A stretch of DNA of 64,000 nucleotides from Trichormus sp. ATA11-4-KO1 (GTDB lineage: Bacteria > Cyanobacteriota > Cyanobacteriia > Cyanobacteriales > Nostocaceae): contig JAHHIM010000010.1 of NCBI GenBank assembly GCA_019358915.1, positions 1-64,000 on the forward strand. The letters run 5' to 3'. The notes below the pieces were generated by a model that had not been told where the DNA came from, did not search any database, and saw only the letters and a program-made list of their open reading frames with translations. How positions within the stretch are numbered: position 1 is the stretch's first letter; each line of letters starts with the position of its first letter. Of the stretch, positions 29,961 through 37,900 are shown one piece after another. Made by a program: the position numbers and the translations under genes.

Positions 29961-30821
29961 ATGTTTGATATATTTAAAAATCGCTTAGAAATCACAGGAA
30001 AACTTTCTACAGTCACCGCATTACGTATTAGTGCTGGTCGTTCCACCGAACCAATAGGTGCTGATTTACCTGTAATTAAAGACGCATTAGAACAACCTTT
30101 AATACCTGGTGCTAGTTTCAAAGGCGCAATGCGATCGCGTCTAGAAAGCTTCTTGCGAGGAATTGATATTAGTTTGGCTGAAGACCCTGCTGATTTCACT
30201 AGTCAAAGTCGCAATCAAATCATCAAAAAAATCAAAGAAGATTATCAAGACGATGCTGTTTTAACTGAAGAATTACTCAAGCAAACAGATTTAATTTCCC
30301 GTCTTTTTGGTTCACCTTGGATTGCTAGTAAATTTCAAGTACGAGATTTAACAGTATCTAGTGATACATGGTTTGGACAATATCAAGAACGTGACGGTGT
30401 TGCAATTGACCGTGACACAGAAACAGCAGCAGAAGGAAAACTTTATGATTTTCAAGTAGTTCCATCTGGCACAAGTTTTGATTTAAAAATAGTAGTAGAA
30501 AATGCAGAAACCTGGGAATTAGGTTTACTGATGATTGGACTACATCAGTTTGAAAGCGAACAGATACCACTAGGAGGAGGACGTTCTCGTGGTTTGGGAG
30601 TAGTCAGTTTAAAAATCGAGGAAATGCAATGGTTTGATGCTGGAAATGATGCTGAAAAGCTTTTAACTTATCTACAAAATCAAGTCACAGGAAATATGAA
30701 TGAATATCAATATAAAAAAGAACAAATTAATACACTAAAGCATGATTGGACGCAAGCTTTAATTTGGCATTTAAGATGCTTAATACCTGCAAATTCCGTA
30801 ACTCAAACTACGACTGAATAA
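29961..30821 (+). CDS. csx7: Cas7-group RAMP (Csx7-like)
   Basis: LRISAG, DLPVIKD, IPGASFKGAMR, RDGVAIDRDT, LGGGRSRGLG. Confidence 0.8.
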   Translation: MFDIFKNRLEITGKLSTVTALRISAGRSTEPIGADLPVIKDALEQPLIPGASFKGAMRSRLESFLRGIDISLAEDPADFTSQSRNQIIKKIKEDYQDDAVLTEELLKQTDLISRLFGSPWIASKFQVRDLTVSSDTWFGQYQERDGVAIDRDTETAAEGKLYDFQVVPSGTSFDLKIVVENAETWELGLLMIGLHQFESEQIPLGGGRSRGLGVVSLKIEEMQWFDAGNDAEKLLTYLQNQVTGNMNEYQYKKEQINTLKHDWTQALIWHLRCLIPANSVTQTTTE

Positions 30822-30829
30822 ATTTAACC

Positions 30830-31816
30830 ATGCACAAGCGATTAGTTAACCATTGTACAATTGATTTCAGCATTATTCCCGTGGGGCCGATTCTCATTAA
30901 ATCAGGAAAAGAAGGTGCAAATCCCACTAAACCCAATATGGAATTTGTGGAAACATACCACGCAGGTGGATACTCAGTTTATCTACCAGGAAGCTCCCTC
31001 AAAGGTGCGATTCGCGCTCATGCTGAACGTATTGTCCGCACAGTAGGAAGCGATAAACCTTCTGAAACTAATCCTCAAATTATTTGGGCAAATAATCCAT
31101 TAGATAAAGATAACATTAACAAACAAGAAGCATTTAAAAAGAAATTACCTGACGATGAAACTTACAAAATCTATCAACAATCTTCTTTTACTGACCAAAT
31201 ATTTGGCAATACTATTATAGCTAGTCGTTTCCGTATTCAAGATGCTTATCCTGATTTAACTAAACCTCTGAAAATTGAAGAACGTAATGGAGTCGCAATT
31301 GATAGAGTATTTGGTTCTGCTGTGCGAGGTGCATTATTTAATTATGAAGTTTGTACCTCTGGAGATTTTCGTACAAAGCTTCACTTAAAAAATTTCTCTT
31401 TAGCGCAATTGGGATTACTTGGCTTAGTATTACGCGATTTAAATGATGGTTGGTTTGGTCTTGGTTTTGCTAAATCTCGCGGTATGGGTACAGTGAAATT
31501 ACAATTTCATTCAGCTGTTGTGCAATATCCTGGCTGTGAGTTACGAGGTGATAAAATTTGCGCTATTGGTAAAGATTTAAGTTGGCCAAATACATTTTTA
31601 TTAGGAGCAGGTGCATTTTTACCAGGAAAAGACGAAAATCTTTATAAATTTCCTGTGAATGATCAACAAAATACTATCATTACTGCTGAAGAAATGTCTT
31701 ATGGTTTTGGTGTGCAGTTAACTTGGAAAGGAGAAGACGAGAGGGGTGTTCCAGATTTATTTGAATGCGCTGTTCGTCAATGGCGTGAATTATTACCAAA
31801 AGAGGTGAGTGCATGA
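30830..31816 (+). CDS. Cas7-group RAMP
   Basis: YLPGSSLKGAIR, RNGVAIDR, LGFAKSRGMG. Confidence 0.85.
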   Translation: MHKRLVNHCTIDFSIIPVGPILIKSGKEGANPTKPNMEFVETYHAGGYSVYLPGSSLKGAIRAHAERIVRTVGSDKPSETNPQIIWANNPLDKDNINKQEAFKKKLPDDETYKIYQQSSFTDQIFGNTIIASRFRIQDAYPDLTKPLKIEERNGVAIDRVFGSAVRGALFNYEVCTSGDFRTKLHLKNFSLAQLGLLGLVLRDLNDGWFGLGFAKSRGMGTVKLQFHSAVVQYPGCELRGDKICAIGKDLSWPNTFLLGAGAFLPGKDENLYKFPVNDQQNTIITAEEMSYGFGVQLTWKGEDERGVPDLFECAVRQWRELLPKEVSA

Positions 31817-32250
31817 GTTTTGTGGGATATAAGCAAGTCTCATCTTCAGAAGAATTACGAAAACTACTCCAAGATTATTATCAGCAACCCAGTTATTATT
31901 TTTTGCGTTGGACACATAAAGTTAGTGGTATTAGAGCTGATTTACCACGAGAGTTTCCTAGTCCAGAAGGACAAATGTTTAATACAGAATTAGAGATACG
32001 CTGGAAGCACAATAATTCTGGTTATCAAGTGTTATTACTCAGTCAAAATCAGCCAAACACAGAATCAGATTTTACCCCTATTGGTAAGACTTGGAAAACT
32101 TGCGATCGCCTAGCATATTTATATGATTTTGATAAAACTCAATTCCCTAAAGGATTCAGCTATCCTCATAAGCTTAATTTAGGTCAGCGTTATTTTCAGG
32201 ATGCTGAGACTTCAACTATACATTTTGTTGCTTTAACTGTTAAATCATAA
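31813..32250 (+). CDS. csx19: Csx19-like III-D subunit
   Basis: 145 aa, EGQMFN..LEIRW motif, position between RAMP genes. Confidence 0.6.
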   Translation: MSFVGYKQVSSSEELRKLLQDYYQQPSYYFLRWTHKVSGIRADLPREFPSPEGQMFNTELEIRWKHNNSGYQVLLLSQNQPNTESDFTPIGKTWKTCDRLAYLYDFDKTQFPKGFSYPHKLNLGQRYFQDAETSTIHFVALTVKS

Positions 32251-32268
32251 AATATTATATCAAAATAT

Positions 32269-33348
32269 ATGGCTAGAAACTATCACTTTATTTCTCTACC
32301 TCAAGATAAACCTCACAGAATAAATATTTCAGGACAAGACAAATTTGGACATGATAAATATCAACTAAATAATCAACGTTATAGCGGTAAATTATTTTTA
32401 ACTTTAACAGTTATTGCACCCGTATCTGTAAATTCAGGTATCAAAGTCATGGGTAGCGATTTAGCACAACAAACTCTAGATCCTAATTCAGCTAAATACG
32501 TCGCCACCATTAGTTTAATTCAATCTTCTGTACAACAAAACCAGCGACTCATCATTCCTGGTAGTTCACTCAAAGGCGTTATCCGTTCAATATATGAAGC
32601 AATTACCAGAAGTTGTGTGTGTAAAACTAATGCAAAAGTTCCTGAAGGTTACAGCGAGTGTAAAGACACAACTAAACTTTGTCCCGCTTGCGTCACATTT
32701 GGCGCGATGAGTTGGCTAGGACTAGTACATTTTCATGATGCTCAATATGACCCTGATAATGACAAGCCAGGATTTCAAACAGGACTGATTCCCCCTTTAT
32801 TTTCTCCTCAACCGGATGCTGTTGATTTAGAAACTGGTGAAAAAATTTATTATGACAGTAACAATAAAGTTCGCGGACGTAAATTTTATCCCCATACTTA
32901 CAACGAAGAAGTAAAACCGACATTTCGGATTCAACAAGCGGAATTAGGTAAAAAATTTACAACTTATGTAAATTATACAAATTTAACCAAAGCGCAATTA
33001 GGCACATTATTAATTGCTTTAGGACAAGACCCAGAAAACCGATTAGGATTAAAAATTGGTAGCGGTAAAGCCGTGGGAATGGGAACTCTCAAAATAGATG
33101 TAGTTAAAATTGAGCAATTAAATATTAATCGCTACTTATCTTATAATTCAACCTCGTCAGATTTAGAGGGTGATAATTTACAGACATTTGTTTTAGATGT
33201 AATCAAATCTGCAAAACCTCAACCTGAACCTAAGCAATCAACAAATCAGCCTAGAAAACCCATAATGAAATCTGCTAATCAAGCATTAGTACAGATAAAA
33301 CAATTACAGGAATTAACAGAAATACTAGGTTTAATAACAGACTCATAA
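32269..33348 (+). CDS. Cas7-group RAMP with Cys cluster
   Basis: IPGSSLKGVIRS, C...C...CPAC, RGRKFY, IGSGKAVGMG. Confidence 0.85.
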   Translation: MARNYHFISLPQDKPHRINISGQDKFGHDKYQLNNQRYSGKLFLTLTVIAPVSVNSGIKVMGSDLAQQTLDPNSAKYVATISLIQSSVQQNQRLIIPGSSLKGVIRSIYEAITRSCVCKTNAKVPEGYSECKDTTKLCPACVTFGAMSWLGLVHFHDAQYDPDNDKPGFQTGLIPPLFSPQPDAVDLETGEKIYYDSNNKVRGRKFYPHTYNEEVKPTFRIQQAELGKKFTTYVNYTNLTKAQLGTLLIALGQDPENRLGLKIGSGKAVGMGTLKIDVVKIEQLNINRYLSYNSTSSDLEGDNLQTFVLDVIKSAKPQPEPKQSTNQPRKPIMKSANQALVQIKQLQELTEILGLITDS

Positions 33349-33369
33349 TAATTAAGAGGATAATAACCA

Positions 33370-34014
33370 GTGCAAATTAAAGAATGTTTACCAGAAGATA
33401 AGATGTGGGAAATTGCTTATGCGATCGCCACCCAACTTGTGCAAGAACAAGATAAAATTGAACCTAAAAAAGATGGTATTCGCTCTGAGTTAAATAAAAT
33501 TATTGCTTATCTTCGTACTACAATTAATAACAATCTAGATAATATCGGTGAAAACTTTTTTAAATATTTAAAACTACTAGTTGATAACAGTAAAAGCCTA
33601 AAACGTAGTGATAGAACACCTGAATATTATCGTAGCATTCAGAAAATTTGCAACCAACATCTGTTAGCTATCCAGTCAAATCCTGAAGCCATGTTAGAAA
33701 TCTTAGGTTGGTCATCTCGGCTATTTATAGCAGCTACATTAGAAACTTTCGACCAATCTACCCAAACAAATCGACAAATGGAAATTCAAACAGCAGCTAA
33801 ATCACAAAACTTGCAAATAGGCGATGAAATAGAAGCAGAGATAACAAGAATTAGTGGTAATAAAGTTACCTATCAGTTATTAAATATTTTCTCTAAAACA
33901 GTAAAAGAACCAAAACATTACACATCATTAAAAATTGGGCAAATAGTCATAGTGGAAATAACGGAAATCGAAAATGGAGTACCCAAGAAAATTAAATATA
34001 TTAAACCTCAATAA
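33370..34014 (+). CDS. Cas-operon terminal protein: helical N-domain plus C-terminal S1/OB-like domain
   Basis: GAGGA RBS and GTG start; C-terminal IGDEIEAEITRI...LKIGQIVIVEITEI pattern typical of S1/OB folds. Confidence 0.55.
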   Translation: MQIKECLPEDKMWEIAYAIATQLVQEQDKIEPKKDGIRSELNKIIAYLRTTINNNLDNIGENFFKYLKLLVDNSKSLKRSDRTPEYYRSIQKICNQHLLAIQSNPEAMLEILGWSSRLFIAATLETFDQSTQTNRQMEIQTAAKSQNLQIGDEIEAEITRISGNKVTYQLLNIFSKTVKEPKHYTSLKIGQIVIVEITEIENGVPKKIKYIKPQ

Positions 34015-34022
34015 AGCCAAAT

Positions 34023-34868
34023 CTACAAATTATGTTGTCCATGTGCTACATAGGCTGAATCTGCAACTAGACCTATCAAAGTTATGGGAGTATTTGCTGC
34101 AACATAATAGTAATCAACTCGCGTTGCTAAATTCTTCACTTCTTCCGAAAATCCATCAATATAAATTACTAAAACAGTTGCTTTATCCAGCCAATTTAAT
34201 ACTAAATCGATTTGATTTTTTACTTTCTCTTCACGTTTATCTTTTGCATCTTCCCTTGATAGTCCAGCAAAATCTTGTCCTTCCAGTATTTTAGAATTTA
34301 CTAAATCTAAAACCAAAATATCTCCGACTGGTGGCTTGGGTTTTCTCTTTTGATTCCAAAACCTAACTTTTGCGAAACCTCTGGTTTTCAAAAGCTTACA
34401 ATCATCCGGTTCTGTTGGGTTATCACTAGGTAAATAATAATCTACCACTGTAGAACCAATTACTCTTTCACGCTGCAAAGAACGCTTAACACTATCAACT
34501 TCAGACTGCACCAAATCTGTAATTTTATTCTCTACTTCTCGGTTAATTAATTGACTCGCTATTCTTTTTGCATCCTCAACATTTTTACCGACAACAAAGG
34601 CTAAAACCCCACCCAAAAAGCCAAATACTACTAAAGTAAATTGCATTGCTGCAACAAATCTGTTAAAGCTTTCCCCTAGTTGACCATTGGTAGCTTTAAG
34701 AAATTCTAGCTGGCTTTTGAGTAGTTCAATTTCATTTGAGTTGGGAGGGTTTACTGTCGGTGAAGGGGTGGGTGTAGGTGTCGGGATTTGGGCAATAATC
34801 AAGTCCCAAAGGTGAGATATATCAATTGAATATAACCAATCCATATAGGTTTTTATAGCGATTAACAA
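34023..34868 (-). CDS. TM + coiled-coil + receiver-like domain protein (NARF/Cam2-like candidate effector)
   Basis: PT-rich linker, TM FTLVVFGFLGGVLAFVVG, C-terminal DILVLD...LVIYIDG...YVAANTPITLI; start could be ATG 34844. Confidence 0.6.
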   Translation of the reverse strand: MLIAIKTYMDWLYSIDISHLWDLIIAQIPTPTPTPSPTVNPPNSNEIELLKSQLEFLKATNGQLGESFNRFVAAMQFTLVVFGFLGGVLAFVVGKNVEDAKRIASQLINREVENKITDLVQSEVDSVKRSLQRERVIGSTVVDYYLPSDNPTEPDDCKLLKTRGFAKVRFWNQKRKPKPPVGDILVLDLVNSKILEGQDFAGLSREDAKDKREEKVKNQIDLVLNWLDKATVLVIYIDGFSEEVKNLATRVDYYYVAANTPITLIGLVADSAYVAHGQHNL

Positions 34869-34894
34869 TAATCAATCATATCCTTACTTTGAAA

Positions 34895-35306
34895 GTTTAC
34901 ATCCCCATGAGGGGAAGAGGCTATGTAAAGGTTCGACAAAACATGGATGAACGGAATAGAACGGAATAGAAACGACTAACAGGTTTACATCCCCGTGAGG
35001 GGAAGAGGCTATGTAAAGGTCGTTGATGCTGAAAAGCGTTTCATTGGATGCAATAGTTTACATCCCCGTGAGGGGAAGAGGCTATGTAAAGTTTAGCAAC
35101 AAGTTTGCCTTCAACCTTAGCAGTAGGTGTTTACATCCCCGTGAGGGGAAGAGGCTATGTAAAGACTTCAGATGCAAATAGTGCTGCGAATGCTTACGTT
35201 TACATCCCCGTGAGGGGAAGAGGCTATGTAAAGCCAGCAGCACAAATCCCAACTCCTGTTACACAACAAAGTTTACATCCCCGTGAGGGGAAGAGGCTAT
35301 GTAAAG
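34895..35306 (-). CRISPR. CRISPR array 3: 6 repeats, 5 spacers (52, 37, 37, 33, 37 nt)
   Basis: Repeat variant GTTTACATCCCCGTGAGGGGAAGAGGCTATGTAAAG at 34895 (one mismatch), 34983, 35056, 35129, 35198, 35271. Confidence 0.97.
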
Positions 35307-35591
35307 AGTTCACATCTAGAAGCCTTGCAGTGAGTAGCTTACAGACCCCCAATTCGACACCACTTTTTTCTTTAATCAAATGAATTTCATAAGTCGTGGA
35401 TTTTGTAGCCTACAACCCTTACTGTGCAAGCAATCGACACCAGTCTACGAAGTTATGCATTTTTCAAGGTTCTGGTGAGTGGTGTAGACAACACTAACTC
35501 AATAGCTAAAACAGTACAGGATAGGACTGATTATTGTCAACATTATTACAAAAAATTAATTAAGTAACTGACAATCTTGTTGTTCGTTAGA
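35307..35591 (-). promoter_or_regulatory. CRISPR leader 3
   Basis: Repeat-proximal ~180 nt nearly identical to leader 2. Confidence 0.8.
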
Positions 35592-35715
35592 CAATACTTT
35601 TCGGTTAGTCGCTTTAGTTATTTGATCCGCCCCCTAAATCCCCCAATCCTGGGGGACTTTCACAAATCTGCCTCCCCCAAAGTTGGGGGTTGGGGGGCTT
35701 AACCGAACGGTATTG
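35592..35715. mobile_element. 124-bp MITE with 10-bp target-site duplication
   Basis: Ends CAATACTTTTCGGTTA / TAACCGAACGGTATTG (14/16); GTTCGTTAGA at 35582-35591 and 35716-35725. Confidence 0.85.
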
Positions 35716-35786
35716 GTTCGTTAGATCATTTAAGAGCGATCGCCTGGCTAATTTAATTTTTTCTAAATCATGAGCGATCGCCTCCT

Positions 35787-36269
35787 TTAATCTAATTTTT
35801 GATGACGAGCTAGTAAAGATTTTAATAAGCTCGGAGCAGCACGAAAGTTAGTTTTCTGTAAATCCATAATCACAGACGACATTTCTACGAGATTTTGACT
35901 AGCTGCTGAATCTAAAATACCGAGTAATCCAGTTATTTGTAGTCCTTTTGCTTGTGCAGCTTTACGAGCAGCTTTTTCATCTAAAATAACTACCTCAGCA
36001 TTCAATTGTTCTGCTAATAAAATTGCTTCCTTTTCGCCTAAATGAAGATTGGCTAAAAGCGGATCATCTTTCAGAGAAATTGAGCAAACTTCTAACCAAT
36101 TTGGAGAAGTGCTAATCCAAGATTGCAACTGAGGAGGTGCGCCATCTGCAACTAATTCAGCATAAACAGCTTGAGGAATCAGAATTTTACCAAATAATTG
36201 GGGGAGAAGTTCAATCTGTCCGATTAAAACTAAATAACAAATCGGAGAGGTATCTGCAATGACAATCAT
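35787..36269 (-). CDS. DUF3368-type PIN-domain putative toxin
   Basis: IADTSPI, IPQAVYAEL, LHLGEKEAI, ILDEKAAR, TGLLGIL motifs. Confidence 0.88.
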   Translation of the reverse strand: MIVIADTSPICYLVLIGQIELLPQLFGKILIPQAVYAELVADGAPPQLQSWISTSPNWLEVCSISLKDDPLLANLHLGEKEAILLAEQLNAEVVILDEKAARKAAQAKGLQITGLLGILDSAASQNLVEMSSVIMDLQKTNFRAAPSLLKSLLARHQKLD

Positions 36270-36532
36270 TTTGATAATATCTGATGGAGGGTTTGGATAT
36301 CTTGCTCCAAATCATTTTCTGTATAATCAAGATAAGCTTGAGATTGTTTAAGAAATTGTTCGGTTTCCCACCAAGAAGAAAAGTGTAATAACTGTTGAAT
36401 TTGTGCAGAAGTCATTATGCCACTTCTATAAGCTTCTAATGCTAAAGATTCTAAAATTTTTTGGGGTAAGTCTTGCCAGGTTTGTTGTAACTGGTTACCG
36501 ATTTCTTCGGGAATTTCTATAGTAATTTGCAT
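36266..36532 (-). CDS. UPF0175-family putative antitoxin
   Basis: MQITIEIPE...LALEAYRSG...Y.ENDLEQD; overlaps the DUF3368 gene. Confidence 0.85.
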   Translation of the reverse strand: MQITIEIPEEIGNQLQQTWQDLPQKILESLALEAYRSGIMTSAQIQQLLHFSSWWETEQFLKQSQAYLDYTENDLEQDIQTLHQILSK

Positions 36533-36574
36533 ATTAATTGCACATCCTTATTGTTTGTAGTTTAGCTTCACATT

Positions 36575-36706
36575 TTACTTTGTCACAGGTTTTATTTGTG
36601 TAGCCGGTTGAGCTAGATATGCTTGAGCTTTAGGAATGACAAGCGGATTTTGACGCATAATTGCTGACAGCGTATCAGTATCTAAAAGAACTTCCTCTTG
36701 ACTCAT
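36575..36706 (-). pseudogene. Truncated PIN/VapC toxin remnant (43 codons)
   Basis: MSQEEVLLDTDTLSAIMRQNP... begins with an ATGA overlap on the antitoxin stop and ends early at TAA 36575. Confidence 0.75.
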
Positions 36707-36939
36707 TCCTCAGTTCTATCTACAAAAAAATAATCTTGCTTTAAGGCAATTTCTTCAATTTCATCAATATCCGTTTCTGACAATCCCTCATACACTTCAG
36801 ATGCTAGTTGTAGCATTTCTTGAGCAGTAATAGGATTAGTCGTGTCAACTATTAGTTGGACAGATTGCCCTTCAGCCAATTCAAGTTTTTCTAAAGGGCG
36901 AAATACACCATTTTCATAGATAGCTTTTAAAGTTTGCAT
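36703..36939 (-). CDS. AF2212/DUF104-like antitoxin
   Basis: KAIYENGVFRPLEKLELAEGQSV motif. Confidence 0.85.
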   Translation of the reverse strand: MQTLKAIYENGVFRPLEKLELAEGQSVQLIVDTTNPITAQEMLQLASEVYEGLSETDIDEIEEIALKQDYFFVDRTEE

Positions 36940-37182
36940 TTTGCTATTCGCCTAGTTACTTATTTAAACAACATCACACAATGATTCTAACTCCTGACTC
37001 CTTAGTCCATCTGGTGAACCTAGATTAGCTTTAACGGCGCGTTGGCTACTATCCCATAAAATTAAATCGCTGGATATCAATTGCTTTTTAGCGATCGCCT
37101 GGCTAATTTGACGTATGTTTTAATAGATTCTCCCATTTCTCGACGGGCTTAAGTAAATCTAATTTTAACGGTGCGATCGCCT

Positions 37183-37656
37183 TTAAGCATCTTGAGGATT
37201 GAGGCTAATCATTTGCCAGGTGGTATAAGTACCGATGGGACTCCACAGTAAATAAGGAACTAGTAATAGTGCTGCTGAAGTGGAAATAGGTAAGACTGCC
37301 AGTGTCAATACAAGACCAATAATAAAACCTGTGCCACCGAGAATTGTACCTACCCGCAGACTACGCAGCCGGAACATTACAGGGGTGTAGGCGATGGTGA
37401 CAATTTCTAGGAGTAAGTAGAAACCCATAAGTATCCAAGTACTGATGGTTCCTGGGTTACTTTCCCAGACAATATAAGCTGACCAAGCACCACAAACAAA
37501 GATTACAGTCCAGATAACGGGAATTGCTACCTCAAAGGTTAACCATCTCGGTCTTTGTAAGCGCTTGAACCACTGGCGATCGCTCGGTGTAATTAAGTTA
37601 GCCGCCAAGGCTACCAAGAACGCCACACCCCCAATCACCATCCACGATCTAATCAT
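37183..37656 (-). CDS. tspO: TspO/MBR tryptophan-rich sensory protein (paralog 1, island integration target)
   Basis: WFKRLQRPRW, IWTVIF, LLVPYLLW motifs. Confidence 0.9.
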   Translation of the reverse strand: MIRSWMVIGGVAFLVALAANLITPSDRQWFKRLQRPRWLTFEVAIPVIWTVIFVCGAWSAYIVWESNPGTISTWILMGFYLLLEIVTIAYTPVMFRLRSLRVGTILGGTGFIIGLVLTLAVLPISTSAALLLVPYLLWSPIGTYTTWQMISLNPQDA

Positions 37657-37900
37657 GCCCCTTATCCTCTGCGATTTGCTGCCTATCGCTTAAATATCAC
37701 GTTTAATAGGGGCATTTTGTCAATTTATTGGCAGATTTCTCATCATCCCGGAGTTTGATAATTTGCCATCAGATGTTGTAACTTGACGAGGTTTTTTAAT
37801 CTCTTCCCCAAGGTTATGAGGTAATTCTGTCCGTGGATGGGGGTGTACGGTGGGCACGTAGAAATACTGTTGATATTTGGGGTATAAGACGGCAATTCTG

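Larger units (their letters stand above)
20453..37220. mobile_element. Defence island inserted at the 3' end of tspO (no integrase visible)
   Basis: 38-bp direct repeat 20453-20490 vs 37183-37220 (34/38 identical) matching the last codons of tspO; contents are CRISPR-Cas and TA genes, visibly more AT-rich. Confidence 0.75.

Noticed and set aside
35105..35383. 92-aa ORF with repeated VYIPVRGRGYVK
   Set aside because: Translation of CRISPR array 3 repeats
20453..37220. Integrase, transposase, reverse transcriptase or tRNA at the island ends
   Set aside because: No ORF with such motifs and no tRNA-like sequence recognised
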